The position numbers were made by a program, and so were the translations under genes. Under the pieces are notes generated by a model. The model searched no databases, was not told the DNA's origin, and saw nothing but the letters and a program-made list of their open reading frames with translations. From a bacterium (GTDB lineage Bacteria; UBA8248; JACPRG01; G963555815), in NCBI GenBank assembly GCA_965218795.1, contig OZ244653.1, forward strand, positions 5,056,001-5,120,000: DNA of 64,000 nucleotides. Reading direction: 5' to 3'. Position 1 is the first letter of the stretch. Every line of letters begins with the position of its first letter. This document shows positions 49,027 to 58,818 of the stretch, piece by piece.

Positions 49027-49650
49027 ATGGAGTTCGCCCCGCTTGATCATGCCACCGTGCGAATCATCATGATCCGTCACGGTGAGGTGGAAAACCATGA
49101 CGCCGGAATTTTCAACGGCCAGATGGATGTGGATATCACCCCAAGGGGCGTAGAGCACATGGAGCGCGCGGCTGAATTTCTCTCCGGGGCGGGGATTGCA
49201 AAGATCTACTCGAGCGACTTGGTGCGGACGGTTCGTGGTGCGGAGATTATTGCGCAACGGCTCGGATTCAACGGGACTCGGGAGGCGGTCCCGGAAATCC
49301 GGGAGATCCACCTGGGGGAGTGGCAGGGGCTTTCGGGCGAGGAGATTGATCGCCGTTACCCGGGGATGCGGGAGGAGCGGTTCCCCGAAATCGCAACGTT
49401 TCGAATTCCAGGCGGCGAGACCGTGGCTGAATTATCCGAGCGGGTGGTTCCCGCCGTTACGCAGATTGCCCAAAGGCACCGGGGCGAAGCCGTTGCCATC
49501 GTCGCGCACGCGGGCCCCAACCGAATGGTGCTTTGTCACGCCCTCGGACTGGGGCTGGATCGCGTCTATCACATTCAGCAGGATTACGGCGCAATCAATG
49601 TCATTGATTTCTCCCCCAACCATTCCACCGTCCTCATGATGAACGGATAG
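49027..49650 (+). CDS. histidine phosphatase family (CobC/alpha-ribazole phosphatase-like)
   Basis: IRHGE, SSDLVR, EIHLGEWQG, PGGET, VAHAG. Confidence 0.85.
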   Translation: MEFAPLDHATVRIIMIRHGEVENHDAGIFNGQMDVDITPRGVEHMERAAEFLSGAGIAKIYSSDLVRTVRGAEIIAQRLGFNGTREAVPEIREIHLGEWQGLSGEEIDRRYPGMREERFPEIATFRIPGGETVAELSERVVPAVTQIAQRHRGEAVAIVAHAGPNRMVLCHALGLGLDRVYHIQQDYGAINVIDFSPNHSTVLMMNG

Positions 49651-49733
49651 GGCGTCCGGTCAGCGGGCGGTCATCACAAGGGGAATAGCCGCAAAGGCGT
49701 TGAAGCGCCGATGACCCCGGAATCCCGTCCGAC

Positions 49734-50000
49734 GTGCGCGCTCATATGAGACGACTCGATTCACCGGTTCGGGGCATTGTCAAGGCATTGCGGGATGTCG
49801 TTCGAAAGTCGGCCCCGGCGCTCGAAGAGGTGATTCGCCGGGGACGCCTCTGCTACCGAAATCGTGATGATGTTTGCGCCATCGCAGCGCACAAGTCGCA
49901 TGTCAGCCTTCAATTCTGGAGAGGAAGCGGGCTGTCCGACCCGGAGGCGCTGCTCGAAGGAACCGGCAAGGGGATGCGGCGCATCAAGATTGCCGGCCGG
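49734..50000 (+). pseudogene. DUF1801/YdhG-like protein, C-terminally truncated
   Basis: HVSLQFWRG..L.DP..LLEGTGKGMR; homology stops after RIKI. Confidence 0.65.
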
Positions 50001-50365
50001 TTGAGTCCGTCGCAGCCCCGATCGGAGCAAAGGGCGAAGCGTCGCCGACTCGAGCCTGGGGCGGAGACCGGGGGGGCAGACCCTCCAGGCCCCGATCTCC
50101 GCTTGCGTCGGCGGACGTGGCGCTCAAATCGCGGCTACGCCTGGAAGGGTGAAGACGTTCCCCTGACGTGGACAGTCAACCCCCCATCCGTGTTCCCTCC
50201 ATACTGCGCGACCTGAGAACCGGGGATCACGGAGTGTCCGCCAGGCTTGACACTGCTCAGCCTGCCTCATTAGGATGCTTCCAATATTGAATAAGGGGCT
50301 TTCCCGGTCAGCAGCAGTAATTGGATGGAGCAATCCGGCTGGCTCATCAACCATGGAGAAAAGTG

Positions 50366-51574
50366 ATGAAGTGCTTGAAAGCCGCCTTTCAACGGGGGGT
50401 GACCTTTTTTCTGATGGCGGCCTGGGGAATCTTCCTGGGCGCGTTGCCCGTTTCCGCTCCACCGGCCTCGGCTGAGGGTCTTCACGCGCCTCACGGGGCG
50501 TCGACCGGTTTGGCCTTTGTGGTCAACCGTGACTCGAATGACGTCGCGGTTATCGACACGCGGACAAGGCAGATCGTCGGCCGATTTCCTGTGGGGGAGT
50601 CTCCTCACATGGCGGCCGTTTCCCCGGACGGACAATTCGTGTATACGACGGGCCAGGAAGACGACACGTTGACGGTCACCCGCCTGCCGGATTTCCATAC
50701 CGTCACAAAGGTTCGAGTCGGCAGAGGCCCTGAGCACCTCGACGTGGCCCCTGACGGTCAACGCGTTTACGTTGCCAACTTCGAGGGGGGGACCCTCTCC
50801 GTCGTGGATGCGCGAGAGCTCCGGGAGACCCGGCGGCTGGCCGGCTTCAGACACCCGCACAACATCACCATTTCAAAGACAGGGCATCGGGCCTATGTCG
50901 CCAATCTGGGTTCGGACCAAGTCCACGTCGTTGACATGCTGGAACAGACCGTCGCGCACTCTTTCAACGCGGCGAGTCCCATTCGGTTGGCGGGCCTCGA
51001 AAATAACGCCGCCCGCCGCGGGATCGTCAACGTCACCCTGACCCCCGACGGCCGCTTCGGGTATGCCGCACACGGTGACGGGGGAGAGGTCGCCGTCATC
51101 GATGTGACGGCCGATCGCGTGATCAAGTACATCAAAACGGGAAGGAGCCCCTGGCGCGCGTTCGCCACGCCGGACGGCAAGCGGATGCTGGTCCCGAATC
51201 TGGGTGACCGAACCGTATCGGTGATCGACACTGAGAAACAGAAGGTGGCCGCCGTTTTGCCCGGATTGAAAGACATGACGGGGATTAATCCGGGGACGGA
51301 CGGGCGGTTGGCCTTCGTGATCGGTCGTGCGGAGAATGCAGTGCGGGTCCTGGACCTGGAAGCGAACCGGGTGGTCAAAGACATTCGAGTGGGACGGTCC
51401 CCTGAGACCGCAAGCACCACCCCGGACGGCCGCTACATGTATGTCGCCGCCAGCGGATCGAATGAGGTCTGGGTCATCGACACCCGGCGTCTGGCCGTCG
51501 CTTCAGTCATTTCCGGCGTCGGCAGGCATCCGTGGGCCGTGGCCATCGCGGGCGGCGTCAATTATTGCCACTGA
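50366..51574 (+). CDS. secreted YVTN/YncE beta-propeller protein
   Basis: Signal peptide; repeated V.VID...VG..P....PDG..YV.N; C-terminal NYCH. Confidence 0.88.
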   Translation: MKCLKAAFQRGVTFFLMAAWGIFLGALPVSAPPASAEGLHAPHGASTGLAFVVNRDSNDVAVIDTRTRQIVGRFPVGESPHMAAVSPDGQFVYTTGQEDDTLTVTRLPDFHTVTKVRVGRGPEHLDVAPDGQRVYVANFEGGTLSVVDARELRETRRLAGFRHPHNITISKTGHRAYVANLGSDQVHVVDMLEQTVAHSFNAASPIRLAGLENNAARRGIVNVTLTPDGRFGYAAHGDGGEVAVIDVTADRVIKYIKTGRSPWRAFATPDGKRMLVPNLGDRTVSVIDTEKQKVAAVLPGLKDMTGINPGTDGRLAFVIGRAENAVRVLDLEANRVVKDIRVGRSPETASTTPDGRYMYVAASGSNEVWVIDTRRLAVASVISGVGRHPWAVAIAGGVNYCH

Positions 51575-51737
51575 TATCAACAGTGGAAACAGAGCCGACG
51601 GCAATTGGATTTGGAAATTTAGTATCATTCACCCGGTAACGGAGAAGGTTGCCGGGTGTTTTTTTGGAAGGTTTGGCCGCCTCGATGTTTTGCGGTGCGG
51701 CCTTGAGAGGGTCCAACCAAGTATCTGGTTTCGTCCG

Positions 51738-52934
51738 ATGACCGATTGGATGCTCCAAATTACTGTCATCCTCATCGGTGCGCTCGTAGCTGCGGAAATT
51801 GCGCGCGCCCTCAGGCTTTCCTCCGTGCTGGGCGAACTGACGGTCGGGATTCTGCTCGGAAGCTCCGTTCTGGGGTGGTTGCCCGAGAGTCATCTTTTGG
51901 AGGTTCTGGCAGAGCTTGGCGTCATCTTCATGATCTTCATGGTCGGCCTGGAGACCCGATTCGATCACATCCGGAAAGTCGGCAAGGAGGCCACGCTCGT
52001 CGCGATATTCGGCGTCTTGTTTCCCTTTTTCGGCGGCTACGGAATCGGCTTGGCTTACGACTTCAATACGCCGACTTCGCTCTTCCTCGGGACCATCCTG
52101 GCCGCGACCAGCGTGGCCATCACCGCACGGGTCTTTATGGAGATGGGCAAGGTCCATACCTCCGTCTCTCAAACGATTCTGGCGGCGGCTGTCATCGACG
52201 ACGTTCTCAGCCTCCTGGTCCTGACGGTGATCCTCGCAACGACAGGAGCCGGCGAAAGCGCCTCGGTGGGGTGGGCGGTCTCCAAGGTCGTTCTCTTCCT
52301 TGTTGTCGTTTTCCCTCTTTTTTGGTGGGTTGTCCCCAAGGTCGTTCAGCCCATCATGAGATACGGCGGTGACCGGACTTTCCTGGCTTTTGTCATCGGT
52401 TTGTTGTTCCTGTTTTCCTACCTGGCCCACGCATCGGGATTGGCGGCTATCGTGGGCGCTTTCCTCATCGGCATGGTCCTGGCCGAGACCAAGGGGCAAA
52501 TTGAAATCATGGAGCAGATTCGTCCGATCTACGTCTTTCTGGCCCCGGTGTTCTTTGTCGTGACAGGCGCTCAGGTGCACATGGGCCTGTTGGGGAAGGT
52601 CCTTGGGTTTACGGTCCTGCTGACGGTGGTTGCCATCCTGACCAAATGGCTGGGGTCGCTCGCGGCCGGGGCGATGACCGGGATGAACGTCCGAAAGGGA
52701 ACCCTCATCGGTGTGGGGATGGTCCCCCGCGGTGAGGTGGGGCTGATCGTCGCCTTGATTGGAGCGAAGGCCGGCATCCTCTCGAAAGAAATGTTCGCCG
52801 CGGCCGCGATGATGTGCCTGGCCACGACGTTTATCGTTCCCTTATGGCTGAAGTGGCTCGCCGGCGTGTTCCCGAAAGAGATGGATGAGGTCTCGCAGGC
52901 GGCTGCCCCCGCTTCCCACGGGATGGAAACCTGA
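51738..52934 (+). CDS. cation:proton antiporter (CPA2/NapA type)
   Basis: VLGEL, GLET, ATSVAIT, AAVIDD, MVPRGEVG. Confidence 0.92.
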   Translation: MTDWMLQITVILIGALVAAEIARALRLSSVLGELTVGILLGSSVLGWLPESHLLEVLAELGVIFMIFMVGLETRFDHIRKVGKEATLVAIFGVLFPFFGGYGIGLAYDFNTPTSLFLGTILAATSVAITARVFMEMGKVHTSVSQTILAAAVIDDVLSLLVLTVILATTGAGESASVGWAVSKVVLFLVVVFPLFWWVVPKVVQPIMRYGGDRTFLAFVIGLLFLFSYLAHASGLAAIVGAFLIGMVLAETKGQIEIMEQIRPIYVFLAPVFFVVTGAQVHMGLLGKVLGFTVLLTVVAILTKWLGSLAAGAMTGMNVRKGTLIGVGMVPRGEVGLIVALIGAKAGILSKEMFAAAAMMCLATTFIVPLWLKWLAGVFPKEMDEVSQAAAPASHGMET

Positions 52935-52935
52935 G

Positions 52936-53349
52936 ATGAAAGTCAAGGATGTCTTTCAGACCATCACGAAGGGCCCGGACATCGTTCGCGAAAGCGACTC
53001 CATCCAAGACGTGATCCAACAGGTCTCCAAGGATATCAGGACTCGCTCCGTCTTTGTCGTCAATCAAGAGGAAGAGCTGGTTGGCATCATCAACGTTCGG
53101 GACCTGTTGCGCGTGGCGGGCGCCAAATACCTGCAGCGCCATACCCTGACGGTGATCCCCTACCTGACGGCACAGCGGGCCGCCGACATCATGCAGACGC
53201 CCTTCTCCGTTTCTCCTGAAGACGAGATCGACGACGCCCTCCGTTTGGCGGTCACGCATGATCTCAAGGATATTCCCGTGGTGGAAGGGGGAAAGGTCAT
53301 CGGAGATCTGAACTGCTTCGAGATCCTGTTGAACGTGGAGTTCGAATGA
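52936..53349 (+). CDS. CBS domain protein
   Basis: VV..LVGII...D, IPVV..GKVIG; 1 nt after the antiporter stop. Confidence 0.85.
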   Translation: MKVKDVFQTITKGPDIVRESDSIQDVIQQVSKDIRTRSVFVVNQEEELVGIINVRDLLRVAGAKYLQRHTLTVIPYLTAQRAADIMQTPFSVSPEDEIDDALRLAVTHDLKDIPVVEGGKVIGDLNCFEILLNVEFE

Positions 53350-53569
53350 GCGGGCGAGGCCGGGCCCGGCAGGCTGCGGAAAAACGATGCCGGCAGGCCG
53401 TTTCGAGCGACCGCATCGTGGGTGGGCAGTCTGACCAAGGCGGCGCTGCTTCGAGGACCGTAACGCCTTGCGTCGTCACGGCGCCCCTTCGAGGTTGCGC
53501 ATTCTGGCGAGATTGAAGGCCGCGGCGGTGAGATGAACGTCCAGCGCAGTGGAGCAAAGTAGGGGATGT

Positions 53570-53878
53570 GGACCCCTGCCCAGGGGCAGGCTGGGGTGGC
53601 TGGATTGAGCCTGCCCCCGAAGGCTTCAGTCGGGGGCGGGAATGACGATAATTGCCGCCCCGCCTCCTCCGCAAAAGAGATCACCTGCATCCTGGATTCC
53701 CGCTTGCGCGGGAATGACGAGCAAAAGGGTTGGACAGGGGGAATTCGACGGGGGTGTGGGAATTCCGCGCTGTCTGAGCCGTTTGTCATTCCTGCGCATG
53801 CAGGAATCCAGAGCATTCGAAGAAGGGTGTTACGGAGTTTTTCGCTGATGTGGAGTCCCGCCCCCGACGAAGACATTG
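53570..53878. repeat. cluster of GTCATTCC/GGAATGAC palindromic repeats
   Basis: Units at about 53602-53646, 53693-53718, 53785-53810 and partial 53856-53877. Confidence 0.75.
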
Positions 53879-54004
53879 CAGTGGATCAAAGAATAATTGT
53901 GGATGCGATCAGAAAAAAATCGCGCTCATAAGGGCGACGGGCCTGAAGCCCGCCCTACCGAGATCTGGTGCGCGGTTTCATCCGCATCGGCGGGCTGTAG
54001 CAAG

Positions 54005-54910
54005 ATGGGGGAGAAGATGATGTTACTTGTCAGGCCGTTCTTCATGGGGTTCTGCCTGTGGCTGGCCGCGTGGGTGAGCGCAGCCCCGGCGTTGGCGGGG
54101 GTTTCATGCGAGGGCTGGAACACGTCGTGGTTCTTCCAGCGTGCCGGCGCGGCGGACATCTCCCGTTGCTTGAATACCGGGGCTGACCCGAACGCGCGGG
54201 ATGAAGACGGATTGACACCCTTGCACTATGCGGCGACGGAGAGCAAGACCCCGGCAATCGTGACGGCCTTGGTGAGGGCTGGATCTAACCCGAACGCGCG
54301 GGATAAAAGAGGATGGACACCCCTGCACTTGGCGGCGGTATTCAGCAAAACCCCTGCGGTCGTGAGTGCCCTGCTGGATGCCGGGGCCGAAGTGAACGCG
54401 CGGGATGAAAGAGGATGGACACCTCTGCACTGGGCGGTGGAATACAGCAAAACCTCGGCGGTCGTGACCGCTCTGGTGAAGGCCGGTGCTGACCCGAACG
54501 CGCGGGATGAAGACGGATTGACACCCTTGCACTATGCGGCGACGGAGAGCGAGACCCCGGCAATCGTGACGGCCTTGGTGAGGGCTGGATCTAACCCGAA
54601 CGCGCGGGATGAAAAAGGAAGGACCCCCCTGCACTATGCGGTGTTGAAGAGCACAACCCCGGCAGTCGTGACGGCCTTGGTGAAGGCCGGTGCCGACTTG
54701 AACGCGCGGAGCAAAAGCGGAGCGACACCCCTGCACCTGGCGGCGTTGGAGAACAAAACCTCTGTGATCGTGGCGGCGTTGCTAGACGCCGGGGCCAATC
54801 CTGCGGCGAGAGACAAAGAGGGCAAAACGCCGTGGGATCATATAAAAGCGGATTCCCCGCTCAAGGGGACGGATGTCTACTGGCGGCTGAACGATGGGCG
54901 ATTCAAGTAG
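54005..54910 (+). CDS. secreted ankyrin-repeat protein
   Basis: Signal peptide, CEGWNT..FF...RCL..GADPNARD cap, six 34-aa G.TPLH.A repeats. Confidence 0.93.
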   Translation: MGEKMMLLVRPFFMGFCLWLAAWVSAAPALAGVSCEGWNTSWFFQRAGAADISRCLNTGADPNARDEDGLTPLHYAATESKTPAIVTALVRAGSNPNARDKRGWTPLHLAAVFSKTPAVVSALLDAGAEVNARDERGWTPLHWAVEYSKTSAVVTALVKAGADPNARDEDGLTPLHYAATESETPAIVTALVRAGSNPNARDEKGRTPLHYAVLKSTTPAVVTALVKAGADLNARSKSGATPLHLAALENKTSVIVAALLDAGANPAARDKEGKTPWDHIKADSPLKGTDVYWRLNDGRFK

Positions 54911-54998
54911 CCCTGAACCCTAAAAATCCTTTCCTTGACCCTGGCTTGTTGTTCAAGTGGGCTGGGCGGCTCCCTATAGGCTCTCCCGGACTCGGATA

Positions 54999-55403
54999 AC
55001 AGAGGGGAGGAGCCGTGACAACGGCAGAGAAGATGGATTCCCGCCTGCGCGGGAATGACAGATGGGTGGGGTTGCGTGACGCTGTTTCGTCATTCCTGCC
55101 TCCTGCCGGATACATGCAGGGGCAGGCCCGCGGGAAGGACGGGCTGGAGGTCACGTGGCCCATGTTCGTCATTCCTGCGCAGGCAAGGAACAGGGGGCAG
55201 GCGGCAGCAGGAATCCAGGCAACAGAGGGCGGGCTGTGAGAGAAGGACCTGAGCGCGTACCTGAAGACGCCTCGTCAAGACGCCTCGTCAAGTTCTACAA
55301 CAGCGAGCGCCCTCATCAGGGCTGTCGCAACATGGGCAGACGACCCATCGACACGGTCAGGAAGTTTATCCACCCTGTCAGGAAAGAAGCCTGGTCGTTC
55401 ACA
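54999..55403 (+). mobile_element. non-autonomous composite element: palindromes + IS481 right-end remnant (copy 2)
   Basis: FYNSERPHQGCRNMGRRPIDT, ends in ACA; inverted homologue of 24509..24860. Confidence 0.75.
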
Positions 55404-55446
55404 TAACCGTTGCAAAATCAAGCGGAATCCACCGGTCGGAAAAACG

Positions 55447-56631
55447 TTACACAATACCCCGCTCGCGCAAGGCGGCAATTTCCTCTCCGCCCATTCCCAA
55501 AAGCTCTTCCAGAACGGATTCGGTGTGCTCGCCGAGACCGGGCGCTCCGCGCTCGACGCGCCCCGGGGTGCGATCCAGACGCAACGGGGAGTTCACGAAG
55601 GGATAGCGGCCAATGCCGGACTGCTCCCGTTCAACAACCATCTCGCGGTGGCGGACCTGTGGGTCGGAGACGACCTTGTCGATGGTATTGACCGGTCCGC
55701 AGGGAATCTCAATGGCCGTCAGGGCGTCCAGCCATTCCTCGGTGGAGCGGGCGCGGAACAGTTCCGTCAGGGCGGCTTCGAGGGCATCCCGGTTGTAGTG
55801 GCGATCACTCCTCGCAAGAAACCGCTCATCCTTCCCCAGGTCCTCGAGACGGAGTTCCCGGCAGAACCGGCCCCACTCCTCATCTTGGACGATGGCGACG
55901 GCGATGTGGCCGTCCGCGGTCGAGAAGACTTGAAAGGGGGCGGAAAGCGGATGCCGCGACCCCAACGGCTCCGGCGTCTTGCCGGTCGCGAAATACCGGG
56001 CGATGGCGTTTTCACAGAATGCGACCTGTGCGTCCAGCATGCTGAGGTCCAGGCGCTGGCCCACTCCGCTCTGTTCTCGTTCATAGAGCGCCGCGAGCAT
56101 CCCGACACTCGCCCAGACCGAAGCGGCGAGATCTCCGATGGAGTAGCCGGCCCGGACGGGTTCTCCACCCCGCTCGCCGGTGATGCTCACCAGCCCGCCC
56201 ATGGATTGGAGGATCAGATCATAAGCCGGCCGTTGGGCGTAAGGTCCCGTCTGTCCGAAGCCGGTCACGGAGGCGTAGATCAGGCGGGGATTTCTCTTGC
56301 GGAGGGTCTCCGCCCCCAACCCCAGACGATCCATCACGCCCGGACGAAAATTCTCCACAACGATGTCGCTCCGGTCGGCGAGGCGGGCGGCGACATCCCG
56401 GCCCTCGGGCTCCTTGAGGTTCAGGGTGATGCTCTTCTTGCCGCGATTGACGCTGATGAAATAAGCGCTCTGTTCATTGACGAAGGGAACCGAGTCCCGC
56501 GACAGGTCTCCTTTCTCCATGCGTTCCACCTTGATGACCTCAGCCCCGAGGTCCGACAGAATCATCGTGCTGTACGGGCCGGCGAGAACCCGGCTGAAAT
56601 CCAGGACGCGTATGCCTTTCAGGGCACTCAA
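55447..56631 (-). CDS. CoA transferase family III (CaiB/BaiF)
   Basis: RVLDFSRVLAGP, GAEVIKVE, NRGKKSI, ENFRPG, GFGQTGP. Confidence 0.93.
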   Translation of the reverse strand: MSALKGIRVLDFSRVLAGPYSTMILSDLGAEVIKVERMEKGDLSRDSVPFVNEQSAYFISVNRGKKSITLNLKEPEGRDVAARLADRSDIVVENFRPGVMDRLGLGAETLRKRNPRLIYASVTGFGQTGPYAQRPAYDLILQSMGGLVSITGERGGEPVRAGYSIGDLAASVWASVGMLAALYEREQSGVGQRLDLSMLDAQVAFCENAIARYFATGKTPEPLGSRHPLSAPFQVFSTADGHIAVAIVQDEEWGRFCRELRLEDLGKDERFLARSDRHYNRDALEAALTELFRARSTEEWLDALTAIEIPCGPVNTIDKVVSDPQVRHREMVVEREQSGIGRYPFVNSPLRLDRTPGRVERGAPGLGEHTESVLEELLGMGGEEIAALRERGIV

Positions 56632-56826
56632 GGTTTTCTCCCTGCCGGGGTTGCAAAGGGTCAAGGATCGACGACGGGGCTCGCCTTCTCTCTGATCCTC
56701 CGAAGTGAGGCCCGGAGCGCCCCGGGTCTCGTCCACTGCGAAAACAGCGATTCTATTCTAAGATATAGCGGCAGGGGAAAATGATCCTGTGTCTTGTTTT
56801 GTCAAGGAGCGCGGAGGAGACGGAGT

Positions 56827-57225
56827 GTGGCCCGGAGAAGGATACTCAAGACCAAGGTGTTCAGCGTGGAGGAAGCCAATGCGCTTCTCCCTCGGCTTCG
56901 GGAGCTTTTCGAAGGGGTTCACCGGGATCTTCGGACTCAGGATGAGATGGAACCGGAAATCCGGCGCGCGGCGGAACAGGCGGAACGGGGTGGGGGGGGA
57001 GCCCCGGGAGGGACCCGCTATCTCGAGAGCGTCCTGCGGATGAAAAAGCGGCTGGCGGAGGTCCGGTCTCTCGGCGTTGAGGTCAAAGACATCCGCAAAG
57101 GTCTGTGCGATTTCCCACACCGGCGGGGAGGGAAATTGGTCTATCTCTGCTGGCATACGGGGGAGGAAAAGATAGGGTTTTGGCACGAGATCCAAAAGGG
57201 GTTCGGGGGCCGGCAGGCGATCTAG
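56827..57225 (+). CDS. DUF2203 family protein
   Basis: FSVEEANALLP, VKD..GLCDFP, YLCW..GE..I.FWH..GF.GR. Confidence 0.85.
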   Translation: MARRRILKTKVFSVEEANALLPRLRELFEGVHRDLRTQDEMEPEIRRAAEQAERGGGGAPGGTRYLESVLRMKKRLAEVRSLGVEVKDIRKGLCDFPHRRGGKLVYLCWHTGEEKIGFWHEIQKGFGGRQAI

Positions 57226-57278
57226 GGCCTGTGGAATGGCTGCGGTGGGCTTCCCGAACGCCCGGTGTGATCCAGGCG

Positions 57279-57563
57279 ATGATGCGCCGCGGGGCCGCGT
57301 TGGTTCTCTGTCTCGGCGTGTGGTCGGCGGCAATCTTCCTGGTTTACGATTCGGCGGATCGCCTGATGGGCGGAGGCCGGGAAGGCCGGGAGATGCTGAC
57401 CGGGGTCCTGACGTTTCCGTTCTCGATCCTGGTGCTCGTTGGCGCGTTGGCCATGAGCGTCCGGCTGGTCCGGCGTTGGCCCATCATGCAGGAGGAGCTT
57501 TCCCCGGGAGAGCCGGAAGGGGGGGACAATCCCCCGCATAGCAGATCCGACGGGCCTGAGTGA
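57279..57563 (+). CDS. small hypothetical 2-TM protein
   Basis: Two hydrophobic helices, host-like codon use. Confidence 0.5.
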   Translation: MMRRGAALVLCLGVWSAAIFLVYDSADRLMGGGREGREMLTGVLTFPFSILVLVGALAMSVRLVRRWPIMQEELSPGEPEGGDNPPHSRSDGPE

Positions 57564-57788
57564 ACCCCGGTTGGAAGCGGACGTCGGATAGGATGGGGTT
57601 CCTGTCCAGGGGGGCTTTTGGGGGGAGGCGACGCGCCTCCGCGATATTCCGGGGTCTCAAGAGCGCCGCCGCCGGGCTGGGTAAGAGTATCGAACATGAC
57701 GAAAGTCTTGTGTCCGACGCAATCGGTGCAGGCCGCGCTTTCTCTCTGAATTCCCAAAGAACAGGGGATCACTGAGCGGCGGGTCCCG

Positions 57789-57817
57789 TTGACAAATCTC
57801 CGGCCCATGGATAACTT
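57789..57817 (+). promoter_or_regulatory. sigma70 promoter of tRNA
   Basis: TTGACA-17 nt-TAACTT. Confidence 0.6.
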
Positions 57818-57835
57818 GGGAACGCTCGGCATTCA

Positions 57836-57910
57836 GGGGCGTTAGCTCAGCGGCAGAGCGCTGTCCTCACACGGCAGATGTCAGTGGTTCAAATCCACTA
57901 CGCCCCACCA
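57836..57910 (+). tRNA. tRNA-Val (anticodon CAC)
   Basis: Acceptor GGGGCGT/ACGCCCC, D arm TAGCTCAG, anticodon loop CTCACAC, GTTCAAATC, encoded CCA. Confidence 0.96.
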
Positions 57911-57998
57911 TGATTTTTTTCGCGTCGATTTGACGGACCCGGGGGAGAGGCGACATTGGACTCCTCTACGGAATTGAAACGGCTCGAATAGGCCTGAC

Positions 57999-58700
57999 TC
58001 ACGAACCGGAAGCCGCATAAACCGTTCGGTCTTCCATTCCCGCCTCGAGAAATCCCTTCTGCCGTTCGGCGCACTTGTTGCACGCCCCGCAATGCAACTC
58101 CCCCTGCGGATTGATACACGAAAAGGAAAGCTCCAGGGGAAGATTGCGCCCAAGAAGGGTGACAGCCTTCTTGGTGAGTGCCGCAAACGGTCGGGTAATG
58201 CGAATCGGGGAATCCATGGCCGACGAGAGCGCCGCTTCCATGAGCCCGAAAAACTCCGGCGTAGCGTCGGGGAAAGGGTTGTGAGCCAATACGCCGATGG
58301 CGATTTGGGGAATGTCCCGCATGGCGCAAAAAACGGCCGCCTTGGTGAGGAGGAGGACGTTTCGTCCGGGCAGATAGACGGCCGCGTCCTCGGTCTCGGC
58401 CCCCGGGACCTTCTCGCCCGTTGTGCTCCAGTGGGCTCCGTAGAGGTCTTCGACCGGCAGGTCCAGGATCGTCAGCTCGCGAATGGAATCGATCTCCAAG
58501 GCCTCGAGAAACCGGCGAAGCCAACGGGTTTCGACACTCTCCCAGCGAAGCCCCTGGCGGATGAAGACGGGATAGACGGCCGGATGGCGCTTGGCCTCCT
58601 CCTCCGCCAGGATGCAGGAGTCCAGTCCCCCGCTCACCAGTACGCAGATGGGCCGAGTCTCGTCGGATTGACCCGTCGGAATCGGGGGAGGGGAAATCAT
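57999..58700 (-). CDS. queC: 7-cyano-7-deazaguanine synthase
   Basis: SGGLDS, YLPGRN, FPDATPEF, SC..HCGACNKCAER. Confidence 0.9.
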   Translation of the reverse strand: MISPPPIPTGQSDETRPICVLVSGGLDSCILAEEEAKRHPAVYPVFIRQGLRWESVETRWLRRFLEALEIDSIRELTILDLPVEDLYGAHWSTTGEKVPGAETEDAAVYLPGRNVLLLTKAAVFCAMRDIPQIAIGVLAHNPFPDATPEFFGLMEAALSSAMDSPIRITRPFAALTKKAVTLLGRNLPLELSFSCINPQGELHCGACNKCAERQKGFLEAGMEDRTVYAASGS

Positions 58701-58818
58701 CAGTGGTCCCTTCGGTGACCCGATCCTGCGATTCGGCTTCTCGTCATGCCCGGTAAATGGGGACGAATTCGCTCATCCCCCCAACGCATGCTGAAGTCAA
58801 CCCGTGCCGGGAGATTCG

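Noticed and set aside
54180-54840. Regular ~102-nt repeats
   Set aside because: In-frame ankyrin coding repeats, not a CRISPR or ncRNA array
57836-58000. tRNA-Val or the guaA 3' end as an island attachment site
   Set aside because: No integrase and no duplicated 3' end seen in the window
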